Made by a program: the position numbers and the translations under genes | Shown: positions 48,145-57,345 of the stretch, piece by piece | How the letters are laid out: each line of letters starts with the position of its first letter | Position numbering within the stretch: the stretch's first letter is position 1 | The notes under the pieces: model-generated | Databases searched by the model: none | Told to the model about the DNA's origin: nothing | What the model saw: the letters and a program-made list of their open reading frames with translations, nothing else | Assembly: GCA_964633825.1 (NCBI GenBank) | Contig: CAZWHE010000001.1 | Location: 8,895 to 72,894, forward strand | Source: an uncultured Phycisphaerales bacterium | Lineage (GTDB): Bacteria; Planctomycetota; B15-G4; CAYZWU01 | Reading direction: 5' to 3' | DNA: 64,000 bases

Positions 48145-51100
48145 TTTCTTTCCTCTCGGAGGCAGATCAGGCGCGAATCCGCCAGAATGAGCAGAGCGCC
48201 CTCACGGAGCCGAACAACAAGCGGGCGGTAACCCGGAAGGATGTTTCCCGCACCTCCCGGTTCGAGAACATCCTTGCTAAAAGTAACGTCTCCCCCAGCG
48301 CCGTCTACAAAGAATATCCTCCCTCTCAGGGCATCGACGTCGCGTCGCGCGGGATCATAGTCCACGACTACGATCAGACCGTCCCCGGCGACAATGCCTT
48401 CCTGGATCGTGGGATGCCTTCCCCCCCTGCCCAGGATATTGAGAAGCATCCCCTCGAACCGGACCTCGCCCGTGTCGAGCTCTAGGGCCGAGACAGGAAC
48501 CTCCCGCCCAAACCGGTAGGGCCGGACAAAAACGGTCCGGCTCGGAAAAACATGCCCCCCGCAGAAAATCCATTCCGACGGAGCCAGTTCGATCGATTTT
48601 TCAACCTGCCCTGTTTTGGAATCGAGGACAAGGAGCGTCATCCGCCGGCGGTTGCCCCGCAGGCTGCCCGACAGAGCCAGAAGCCCGTCCGGGATTTTCA
48701 CGGCGCTGGCGGGGAGAAGGGTTCTCGAGCCGAGAGGACAGGTCCAGACTTCCTTTCCTGTTCGTGAATCGACGGCGAGAAGAAGGTTTCTCCTCAAGCC
48801 GGAATGGGGAGACCTCCTCCCGATCCTGAGAAGAAGGAGCCCTTGCGGAGATTCAAAGAGAAAAGGGCTCGCAAACGTGACATCGAGAGGAAGGCGGACC
48901 CGTTCCGCACCGGAGAGGGGATCGAGCACGAGAAGGGATCTCGAATTGACGATAACGGCAAAGGAATCGATGGCGGGAACGATCTGCACGTCTCTGCATT
49001 TCTCGATCCTTTTTCTCCAGAGCACGCTGCCAGTCACGGGATTGACGCACTCGGCCGTCATCGTATCGTCACGGTCGCCTTCGAATGTGGCCACAACCAT
49101 CCCGAGGAGCCCGTTCGAAGATCCCACATCGACGAGAAGGCCGTGGAACTCGCGTTCCCAGCAGCGGCGCCCGGACGCGATGTCGAATCCCACGCTGAAC
49201 CGGTCAAAACAGAGAACGAGAACTTCACCGGCGACGAGGAAGTGCCGGATATCCCCCCGGGCGGCCGGGCGCCCCCTGTCCTCCCAGACCACGGCGTCTT
49301 CGACGTAATCATAGAGAAGAATCCGCTCTGGCGACGTCAAACGAAGGAGAACTTTGTTTTTCATTCCAGGCGGCAGGGGACCGCTCGGCTCGGGCATTTC
49401 AACAAAGGGAGAAGCAAATAATCTTTCCTTCTCCACAAAAGTACCCTGGGGAAGATTCGGTGCGGTTCTCTCACGGGAGATCTCTCCTTCGTGGGGGATG
49501 AGCTCGCCGTAGGTCGTGCCCTCTTTTCCGAAAGCGGGCACGGAAGCGTAATCCCCCCGGACTTTCATAAAAAGAAAGCGGGCTGCCTGGTCGTTTCCGC
49601 CTTCTCTCAGGGCGCACGCCATCAGGAAGTAAGCATGGGAGAGGATCTCTTCACCGGTCTCTCTCGACAGCAGTTCTGAAAGAACACGATAAGCATCGGC
49701 GGGACGGCCCTCGGCAAGAATGTATCGCGCCTGTTCAAGCACGGCCCGTCCCCCCACTTCTGAATTGGGAAATCTCCGAGCCACGGAACCGAGCTTGTCG
49801 GGGTTTCGCGCAGAGAGCGCTTTGGCGAACTCGGCCTTGGCCTCCGTCTCGAATGGTTCGTATATGGAGCGCCCCTCTTTCCGGACGAGGGCGGCGATCT
49901 CGCCTGCAGACCAGTCCCAGGCTTTTTTTCCGCCATAGGTCTCTTCGGGATAATTTTCCAGGATGCCGCGGAGAGAAGCGAGGACCGAAGGGGCGTTCCC
50001 TTTCTCCAACAGATTCTTGTAGCCCGCAAGGGCCGTAAAGAAACCGGCGCGACACCGGCCGAGATCGAAGCGCCCTTCGAAATCGAAAACCCTGTCCCGG
50101 GCTTCCCTGTCGATCGAACGGAGAACATCCGCCAAAGCATCGTCGTCATCGGTCTCGAAGTAGAGAAAGGCGAGCTCGACGGAAGCCCTGACGAACTGGG
50201 TCGGGCCGGGCGCCGACTCGGCAGCCGAGCGCAGCTCACGGGCCGCTTCATCAAACCGCCCCTGCCTCATGGCGAGGAGGCCTTTTTCGAGGCAGACGCC
50301 GTACAGCCCGGTCCGGATTCTCTTCAGCCCCGACGGTCCGACATCCCGCCCCATTGCGAGGGCTTTCTTGTAAAATCCCGCCGCCTTTTCGAGATCGTTC
50401 TCCAGCCTGTACATGTCGCCCACAAAAAGGAGATCCCAGAGGAGCTCGGCGTCCGATCCCGTTCTCCGAGCCGTATCGATGCGGGCCAGAGCGCGCTCCA
50501 ACATGCCCGGCGCGTTGAAACAGACGCCGACCGTCTCGCTCGTCGCAAAGGCGGCCACATCCCCCATGAGAAAAAGATTCATGGGCCCCGCCGGCTCGCT
50601 CTCCTCGTCAAGGCTTCCGGCGGGTTTGTCGAAATCATCGACGATCCGGCCGGATTCCGTATCCACGGCCATGAACCGCCCCTCGAGCTCGAAGTGGAGA
50701 CGGTCTTCGGTGAGAGCGCCCCGCCCGGCGCAGGCCCTCTCTTCGTAAGAGGGAGGGGTGCGCCAGAGGAGATCGCCTCCCCTGATATCGAGCGCCGCCG
50801 CGCCGCCGCTGCCGGCGAGGATGATCTTTCCACCGCGGATCCCCATGAGACGGCGGCAGTCGCCTGGCCAGAGCCTCTCGCCGTGAAAGACCCAGAGCAT
50901 CTTTCCCGTGTGACGGTCGAAAGCCGCTGCATACTCGGAGTCGAGGGGCGTCGCCACAACAACACCGTCCGAGACGAGCGGGGGTTCGTTGTGCCACCAA
51001 ACCCGGCGCGGCGGAGGATCGGTGAAATGGCTCACCTGCGACATTTCGATCGCATCGTACTCGGTGATCCAGCGGATCTGGCCGGACAGGGCATCGACGG

Positions 51101-52643
51101 CGGCGACGAAACCGAGGTTGGAGCAGTAGTAGAGCGTGCCGTCCGACAAGGTCACGGGAGTTGTCGTGAACTCCTTGAAGTTCATGTTGAACATGGTGAG
51201 CTCCTGCTGGCCGACGCCGATAGGCGTTTTCCAGAGCAGGTCGCCGGTGTTGAGATCGAAACAAAGGAGGAAACACCTGATCCCGCCTTCGATGAGACAG
51301 CCTTCACAAAAGACCCTGTTGCCCGTCACGGCGGGCGGCGTGGAGATGCTGAGACGGTTCAGGAAGGAATCGAATCCGCCCCCCCCCTGCTTCCAGAGAA
51401 GCCTCCCTTCGTCGAGAGAGAACGCATAAAGAGACCGGACCGGTATCGGCTTGTTGATCACGTCCCTGTAAAGACGCTTCTGCTTCCGCCTGGGCCGGGC
51501 GGACTGGAGGTTGGTGAGAAGGACGCCGTTGTGGACCGTTCCGCCCGCTATGATCCTGCCGCTGATCGTCCCCGCCTGCCTCCTGTATGCCCGATCGGTA
51601 TACTCTCTCAGTTTGAAAAAACTAACCGCGTCGAGATCGCCCGCAAGGGGACCGGGAAACTCCCAGAGGCGCTCACCGGAATAGATCGAGAAGGCTTTCA
51701 CAGAAACGGAGTCGTTGACAACGAGCAGATCCCCCTCGCGAACGAGGCGAAAAGGGAGGCGGCACCCCCCCATTTCCCGGAAAGGATTCTCGTCCCTCAT
51801 GGATTCACCGAACAGGCTTCCTTCCCACGTGAGCGGCGAAAAAGAGGCGCCGGCCAGAAAGGGCATGGGACGGTTGCGGTCGTTGGCGCCTCCCATCGTG
51901 CTCCATCTCAACTCGGAGAGCGGGCGCCGGCCCGAACCCGAGCTTTCGTTGGGCCGGGTGCGGGCCAGGCGCGCTTCAACGGCCTCACCGATCCGCCCCG
52001 AATAGAGGATCTGTTTTTTCAAATAGAGCTCGGCGAGCCCGGGCTCGCCCCGTTCGAGGTAGTAATCACCCATAAAACGGAGCGCCCTGAGTCCGAAAGA
52101 AGCAGAGGACCAGGTCCGGGCGATTTTTTCCATCCGAGGGAGATCGAAATTCGCCTTCGCCTCCCTGAAATCGTCGAGAGTTTTCTTTCCGGCATACGCC
52201 TCCCAGGCTTTCCGGCCTTCCTCGGGCATCCGGGAGAGAAGATAGCGCGCCAGCTCGGCGGCGCCCACAAACCGGGCACAGCTCCTGCCCAGACCCCGGA
52301 CGCTTTCTCTCCCGGCCTGGAAGACTTTATCGCCGTACAGGGTGACGACCTCGAACAGATCCGCCGCAGCGGCTGCATGATTCCGGACCTTCATGTTTTC
52401 GCCGGCCCTGTGAATCAACTGCTCGGCCTCGGACGATTCGGGGACGCGAAAAGAGCGAAGCACCTGGCGGTCGGGGTTGCGCTTGAAAGAGGGATCAACG
52501 ACGAGGTCCCAGTTGTCGTAGTTGTGGTCCTGCGCCTCGAGGGACCCGCCCGAGAGGATTCCCACGATCACGGCGAGGACCAAGCCCATTCCAACGGGGC
52601 GGATGGAATCCGTGCGCGTGAAATCCGTTCTCCATATCGTCAT
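48141..52643 (-). CDS. 1500-aa predicted secreted PQQ-type beta-propeller plus TPR protein
   Basis: Repeated A.D..TG..LW motifs in two blocks separated by TPR-like helices; N-terminal signal. Confidence 0.85.
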   Translation of the reverse strand: MTIWRTDFTRTDSIRPVGMGLVLAVIVGILSGGSLEAQDHNYDNWDLVVDPSFKRNPDRQVLRSFRVPESSEAEQLIHRAGENMKVRNHAAAAADLFEVVTLYGDKVFQAGRESVRGLGRSCARFVGAAELARYLLSRMPEEGRKAWEAYAGKKTLDDFREAKANFDLPRMEKIARTWSSASFGLRALRFMGDYYLERGEPGLAELYLKKQILYSGRIGEAVEARLARTRPNESSGSGRRPLSELRWSTMGGANDRNRPMPFLAGASFSPLTWEGSLFGESMRDENPFREMGGCRLPFRLVREGDLLVVNDSVSVKAFSIYSGERLWEFPGPLAGDLDAVSFFKLREYTDRAYRRQAGTISGRIIAGGTVHNGVLLTNLQSARPRRKQKRLYRDVINKPIPVRSLYAFSLDEGRLLWKQGGGGFDSFLNRLSISTPPAVTGNRVFCEGCLIEGGIRCFLLCFDLNTGDLLWKTPIGVGQQELTMFNMNFKEFTTTPVTLSDGTLYYCSNLGFVAAVDALSGQIRWITEYDAIEMSQVSHFTDPPPRRVWWHNEPPLVSDGVVVATPLDSEYAAAFDRHTGKMLWVFHGERLWPGDCRRLMGIRGGKIILAGSGGAAALDIRGGDLLWRTPPSYEERACAGRGALTEDRLHFELEGRFMAVDTESGRIVDDFDKPAGSLDEESEPAGPMNLFLMGDVAAFATSETVGVCFNAPGMLERALARIDTARRTGSDAELLWDLLFVGDMYRLENDLEKAAGFYKKALAMGRDVGPSGLKRIRTGLYGVCLEKGLLAMRQGRFDEAARELRSAAESAPGPTQFVRASVELAFLYFETDDDDALADVLRSIDREARDRVFDFEGRFDLGRCRAGFFTALAGYKNLLEKGNAPSVLASLRGILENYPEETYGGKKAWDWSAGEIAALVRKEGRSIYEPFETEAKAEFAKALSARNPDKLGSVARRFPNSEVGGRAVLEQARYILAEGRPADAYRVLSELLSRETGEEILSHAYFLMACALREGGNDQAARFLFMKVRGDYASVPAFGKEGTTYGELIPHEGEISRERTAPNLPQGTFVEKERLFASPFVEMPEPSGPLPPGMKNKVLLRLTSPERILLYDYVEDAVVWEDRGRPAARGDIRHFLVAGEVLVLCFDRFSVGFDIASGRRCWEREFHGLLVDVGSSNGLLGMVVATFEGDRDDTMTAECVNPVTGSVLWRKRIEKCRDVQIVPAIDSFAVIVNSRSLLVLDPLSGAERVRLPLDVTFASPFLFESPQGLLLLRIGRRSPHSGLRRNLLLAVDSRTGKEVWTCPLGSRTLLPASAVKIPDGLLALSGSLRGNRRRMTLLVLDSKTGQVEKSIELAPSEWIFCGGHVFPSRTVFVRPYRFGREVPVSALELDTGEVRFEGMLLNILGRGGRHPTIQEGIVAGDGLIVVVDYDPARRDVDALRGRIFFVDGAGGDVTFSKDVLEPGGAGNILPGYRPLVVRLREGALLILADSRLICLREERK

Positions 52644-52762
52644 TGCGTTCAGCCGCTTCCTTCCGGCGTATGAGATTCGAACAGCGCCTCTCTCGCCGGA
52701 TTCTCTTCAATTAATATACGAAGAATCACTCCGGTAACGACACTGAAACCGGAAGAGCCGCC

Positions 52763-52799
52763 AAAAAACAGGCCGCCCGCACTGTCAGGCGCGGGCGGC
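52763..52799 (-). terminator. Intrinsic terminator after the C25 protease pair
   Basis: 9-bp GC stem (GCCGCCCGC/GCGGGCGGC) followed by CTGTTTTTT on the minus strand. Confidence 0.7.
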
Positions 52800-52829
52800 T
52801 GGCTTGATGCGGATGATACGCCGCAAGAA

Positions 52830-54953
52830 TCAATAGACCTGGACGGTTACCGTATCGCTGAACGTCGCCTCGTGGTTTCCGTTCAGCGCATCGACATCGA
52901 AACTGAATTCGTACCACCCCACGGGGGCTTTCCCGTTCGCCACGCTGTAGTTGCTGAAATTGACAAGGCCGCCGTCGTGGGCCCGGATCGGAGTGGCGGA
53001 CAGGGTCCAGTTGTTCGGCGGTGTCCACCAGTACGTCTTGGACCAATCCCTCTCGACGAAGATCCACCAGTCATGGGCCTCGCCTGTGTGGTCGCCGGGA
53101 TCGAGCGAGATCGTGATGTTGAGGTTCGTCGTGTGGGGGATGGTGAGGGGGCCGTCGTCGCCGTTCACCTTGATGTCGGGAACGGGATCGGCGCCCGAAC
53201 CGCCGGTGATCACCTCCATGGCGGGATCGCCCATCAGGTTGTACATTTCATAATAGGAGCGCTTGAAAGAATTGCCGCCGCTCATGTTGAGGTAGAGCTC
53301 GTACTGGCCGTAGTCGACCATGGCGCCGACACGCACGTGTCCATAGTCGAACAGGCCGTTGAAGCACTTTTTGTAGAGACTGTTGTTCTCCGTCGTGTAT
53401 GAAACGACCGAAGCACCGAGAAAAGAGGTCGCGCCGTGATCGTCGCGCACCCAGGCTTCACCGAAACACTCAGTGATAGAATATTTTCCGGTGAGGCAGG
53501 AGAAGCTCCAGATCGACGGGTAGACCGTATTCGTCAGGGATTGGACGTTGCTCTTGCTGAAGGGAGGGCCGTCCGCCCAGGACGTCGTGCTGCCGTGTCC
53601 CCTGTAACATCCGAAGGTCCGGCCGTCGTTGAAGGCATTCTTCACCTGGGTCGTCGTGGCGTTGTAGGTGTGGCAGTAGAGCTTGTCCGAGGTCCAGCCG
53701 TTCGGATCGAAATGATTGCTGATCACGGTGTTGTGTGCCGACTCCCACCAGGACCAGTAGTCGTTTCCGGCCAGGCACGCGACCTTCTCGTTCGTGCCGC
53801 TGCTCATCATGGCGATGATCTTGTCGCACAGGCGGGTCAGATGGGTGGTCGTCCTCACGGGGAACCGCCCGCGCATCACGTCGGGAATATAGTCGCTCCC
53901 GTCGAGGCAGGCGTAATCCAGATCGGTCGCCGGGTTGTCGCTGCCCTGGCCCGTCCAGTGGGGAATGGTGTTCGTGTCGCCGATCAGGAGGATGTACTCG
54001 GGGGCCGGGTTCCACGTATCATAGGCGGTTTGGATATAATTCTTGATGCTCGTGTTGGATGTGCCGGTTGTGTTCGTGTCCACGAGCGTCACGTCGAAGC
54101 CCTCGGCCTCCCTTCTGCCGATCAGGGAGAGCAGGCTCGCGTTTCCCGTGAAAGCAGGATCAGCGATCATCAGGTAGCCCGTGGCTCTCGATGAACCTTT
54201 TCTCAAGCCCATCGCACCGGCCTCGAAAGACCTGCCGTTCAGAACGGTGTCGTACACCACCCCGTCGAAAGTGGCCGTCGAATATCGGGCGAGCGCCTCC
54301 CGGGTCCGGGCGGCATCGCCATCGAGAAAGGTCATGCTGATTTTCGCCGACGTGAGCACCCGAACCACGCCGGACTGCGGCTTGTAGTTGACGGGCTGGA
54401 TCTTGAGAACGACCAGGCTCCGGCCTCTTAGGATCACTTTTTCCGCGAGAAGGGCCGTTTCCGCCAGAACGAATTCGTCCGACGCATAAACGGCATGGTC
54501 CATCACGAAAGGGGCGGCTTCGGCCGCACCCGCCTGATCGGGCACGGGCGCCTGGGTCGGAACGATCCTGTTCCCGATCCCGAGCTCGGCGAGAGTGCGT
54601 TCAACGTAAACCTCTTCGGACAGTTCCAGCACGCAGCGCGCCCCATGGGGGATCTCGATGAATTCGCAGATCACGGGAAGGCTCGGGCCGCCCAGCCTGG
54701 AAGTGAAACCATAGTCCCCGAGAGAGAGCGTGTTGAAGGGTCCGCCCTTCGTTTCGACGATCGCGCTGTCCAATGTCCGGACGGAAAGACTCAATTCAGT
54801 ACCGTCCATATCGGAGCGGTCGACGGACAGGATGGGAGCGTTCGAACCAGGACCGAAATGAACCGGCGTTTGGCCCCATGCGAAACCGGCCAAACCGAGA
54901 CATCCAAGAAAAGCGATGAGAAAGATACGAGTCATTCTGGCTTGATGAGACAT
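52830..54953 (-). CDS. Peptidase C25 (gingipain-like) with propeptide, paralog A
   Basis: Signal peptide; propeptide GGPSLPVICEFIEIP; EYILLIGD, TDLDYACLDG, RGRFP, catalytic YRGHG and SFSCLTG, YNLMGDP. Confidence 0.9.
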   Translation of the reverse strand: MSHQARMTRIFLIAFLGCLGLAGFAWGQTPVHFGPGSNAPILSVDRSDMDGTELSLSVRTLDSAIVETKGGPFNTLSLGDYGFTSRLGGPSLPVICEFIEIPHGARCVLELSEEVYVERTLAELGIGNRIVPTQAPVPDQAGAAEAAPFVMDHAVYASDEFVLAETALLAEKVILRGRSLVVLKIQPVNYKPQSGVVRVLTSAKISMTFLDGDAARTREALARYSTATFDGVVYDTVLNGRSFEAGAMGLRKGSSRATGYLMIADPAFTGNASLLSLIGRREAEGFDVTLVDTNTTGTSNTSIKNYIQTAYDTWNPAPEYILLIGDTNTIPHWTGQGSDNPATDLDYACLDGSDYIPDVMRGRFPVRTTTHLTRLCDKIIAMMSSGTNEKVACLAGNDYWSWWESAHNTVISNHFDPNGWTSDKLYCHTYNATTTQVKNAFNDGRTFGCYRGHGSTTSWADGPPFSKSNVQSLTNTVYPSIWSFSCLTGKYSITECFGEAWVRDDHGATSFLGASVVSYTTENNSLYKKCFNGLFDYGHVRVGAMVDYGQYELYLNMSGGNSFKRSYYEMYNLMGDPAMEVITGGSGADPVPDIKVNGDDGPLTIPHTTNLNITISLDPGDHTGEAHDWWIFVERDWSKTYWWTPPNNWTLSATPIRAHDGGLVNFSNYSVANGKAPVGWYEFSFDVDALNGNHEATFSDTVTVQVY

Positions 54954-54974
54954 ACCGACACCTCTCTTTCATGA

Positions 54975-55005
54975 ACCGATCCGGGACGGAAAGCCCCGGA
55001 TCGGT
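54975..55005. other. 11-bp perfect hairpin between the C25 paralogs, no U-tract
   Basis: ACCGATCCGGG-N9-CCCGGATCGGT. Confidence 0.6.
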
Positions 55006-55017
55006 CGAGGACGGGAA

Positions 55018-57138
55018 TCAATAGACCTGGACGGTTACCGTATCGCTGAATGTCCCCTCGTGGTTTCCGTTCAGCGTATCGATATCGAAACTGAAATCGT
55101 ACCATCCGATGGGGGCCTGTCCGTTCGCCACGCTGTAGTTGCTGAAGCTGACGAGAGCGCCGTCGTGCGCCCGGATCGGAGTGGCGGACAGGGTCCAGTT
55201 GTTCGGCGGGGTCCACCAGTACGTCTTGTTGAAATCCCTCACCACGAATATCCACCAGTCGTGGGCCACACCGGCCTGGTCTCCCGGATCGAGAGAGATC
55301 GTCACGTTGAGAGCCGTTGTATGGGGAATGGAGAGAGGGCCGTCCTGGCCGTTCACCTTGATGTCGGGAACGGGATCGCTCGTACCGCTGTCGTCGATCA
55401 CCTTCATGGCGGGATCGCCCATCAGGTTGTACATCTCGTAGTACATGCGCTTCCAGGAGTTGCTGCCGCCCATGGTGAGATAGGTCTCGTACTGGCCATA
55501 GTCGATCATGCCGCCGATCTCTTCGTGCCCCTGGTTGTAGCCCCCGTGGAAGACCTGCTTCTCGAGAATATCGTCCTCTGTCCAGTAGGAGGATTCGGAC
55601 GAGCCGAAGAAGGATGTGGCGGCGTGGTCGTCGCGCACCCATGTTTCGCAGAAGCCCTCGGTGACACCGTAATCCCCCGTACTGCAGGAATAACTCTGAA
55701 CAAAGGGGTAAACAGTGTTGGTGAGAGCGCGAACGTTGCTTTGCGAGAAGTACGGGCCGTCCGCCCAGGACGAACTGCTTCCATGACCGGAGAAGCAGCC
55801 GTGGCTCCGCCCGTCGTTGAAGGCGTTCGTCACCTGGTTCGTCGTGGCGTTGTAGGTGTGGCAGTAGAGCTTGTCCGAGGTCCAGCCGTCGGGAGTGAGA
55901 TAATTCGAGATCACAAAGTTATGAGTCCCCTCGGAGATCCAGTAGTTATCTTCTGAAGCCATGAACACGGCCTTCTTCACCTGGTTCGAAGCCATGGCCA
56001 AGATCTTGTCGCACATGTTGGTCAGGTCGGAGCTGCTCCTCACCGGGAAGCGGCCCCGCCCCACATCGGGAATATAGTCGCTGCCGTCCACGCAGGCGTA
56101 GTTCAGGTCGGTGGCCGGGCTGTACGAACCCGAGCCCGTCCATTTCGGAATGGTGTTCGTGTCGCCGATCAGGAGGATGTACTCGGGAGCCGGGTTCCAC
56201 GTGTTGTATGCCGTCTGGATGTAGTTCTTGATGCTCGTCGTGCTCGTGCCCGTTGTGTTCGTGTCAACGAGGGTCACGTCGTAACCCTGGGACGTTCTCA
56301 GGCTGATCAAGGACTGGAGGCTCGAGTTGCCCGTAAAGGCCGGGGCCGAGATCATCAGGTAGCCCACGGCTTTCGCCGATCTCTTCCCTTTGCCCAGAAC
56401 CGAGGCTTCGAAAGCGGCGCCGTTCAGCACGACGCTGCGGATCAACCGGCTCGTGGCGGTCGAGAAATGACGGTCGAGCTTGCTTTGAGTTTTCGCCCTG
56501 TCGGCGCCGCTGAAACGAAGGCTGATCCTGGCCGAGGTGAGCACCCGGATTGCCTCGGCCTTGGGATTGTAATCGAGGGGGCTGATCTCGGCGACGATCA
56601 AGCGGTGGCCTTTCATGATGACCTGATCGACCACGCGAATCCTGTCCGCAGGAAGCCAGGAGTCGGACCCGTAGACAGCGCTGTCGATCACGAAAGAAGC
56701 AGCTTCACGGGCGCCCTGTATCTTGGGAACGGGCGCCTGAACCGGAACGATGCTGTTCGTGATTCCGAGGTCGGCGAGCTTTATTTCCTTGTAAACCTCA
56801 TCGGAGAGAACGAGCTCATAGCCCGCTCCATACGGAATTTCTATGAACTCCCGGATCAAGGGGAGACTGGGCTCTCCCACATCGCCCGAGAAACCGTATT
56901 CTCCAAGAGAGAGGAGGTTGAAGGGGCCGCCCTTTGTTTCGACAAGGGTGTTGTCCAGGCTCTGAACGGAAAGCCCGATCTCAACACTCTCCATGTCGGA
57001 TCGCTCTACAGAAAGGACGGGAAGATCCGATCCGGGGCCGAGCTGAATCTGCGTCTGGCTCCAACCGGAACCCCCCAGGAAGAGACAGCCAAAAACAACA
57101 AGAAGAGAGAAAATGGAATTCCTGCATTTCGGTGACAT
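55018..57138 (-). CDS. Peptidase C25 (gingipain-like) with propeptide, paralog B
   Basis: Same architecture as paralog A; catalytic FSGHG and SYSCSTG. Confidence 0.9.
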   Translation of the reverse strand: MSPKCRNSIFSLLVVFGCLFLGGSGWSQTQIQLGPGSDLPVLSVERSDMESVEIGLSVQSLDNTLVETKGGPFNLLSLGEYGFSGDVGEPSLPLIREFIEIPYGAGYELVLSDEVYKEIKLADLGITNSIVPVQAPVPKIQGAREAASFVIDSAVYGSDSWLPADRIRVVDQVIMKGHRLIVAEISPLDYNPKAEAIRVLTSARISLRFSGADRAKTQSKLDRHFSTATSRLIRSVVLNGAAFEASVLGKGKRSAKAVGYLMISAPAFTGNSSLQSLISLRTSQGYDVTLVDTNTTGTSTTSIKNYIQTAYNTWNPAPEYILLIGDTNTIPKWTGSGSYSPATDLNYACVDGSDYIPDVGRGRFPVRSSSDLTNMCDKILAMASNQVKKAVFMASEDNYWISEGTHNFVISNYLTPDGWTSDKLYCHTYNATTNQVTNAFNDGRSHGCFSGHGSSSSWADGPYFSQSNVRALTNTVYPFVQSYSCSTGDYGVTEGFCETWVRDDHAATSFFGSSESSYWTEDDILEKQVFHGGYNQGHEEIGGMIDYGQYETYLTMGGSNSWKRMYYEMYNLMGDPAMKVIDDSGTSDPVPDIKVNGQDGPLSIPHTTALNVTISLDPGDQAGVAHDWWIFVVRDFNKTYWWTPPNNWTLSATPIRAHDGALVSFSNYSVANGQAPIGWYDFSFDIDTLNGNHEGTFSDTVTVQVY

Positions 57139-57345
57139 AATCGGACCTCCTCAAGAAGAATACTGGCTAAAAAATTGCTTCATTTACTAGGCGGTAAGAA
57201 AAGTAGAGAAACTTCTTTACGAAATAACTATTTTATATGAATCAGTCTGAAAAAACAAAGGATATTCTCATAAATGCCGGTCTCGAGCTTCTGACAGGGA
57301 TTGAACGAGGCTAAACCCCTGCAGAAACTCGGCTGCCTTCGTAGA

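Noticed and set aside
48141-52643. Calling the propeller protein BamB or a PQQ dehydrogenase
   Set aside because: About four times the length of BamB, no lipobox, TPR insertions, no recognisable quinoprotein catalytic signature.
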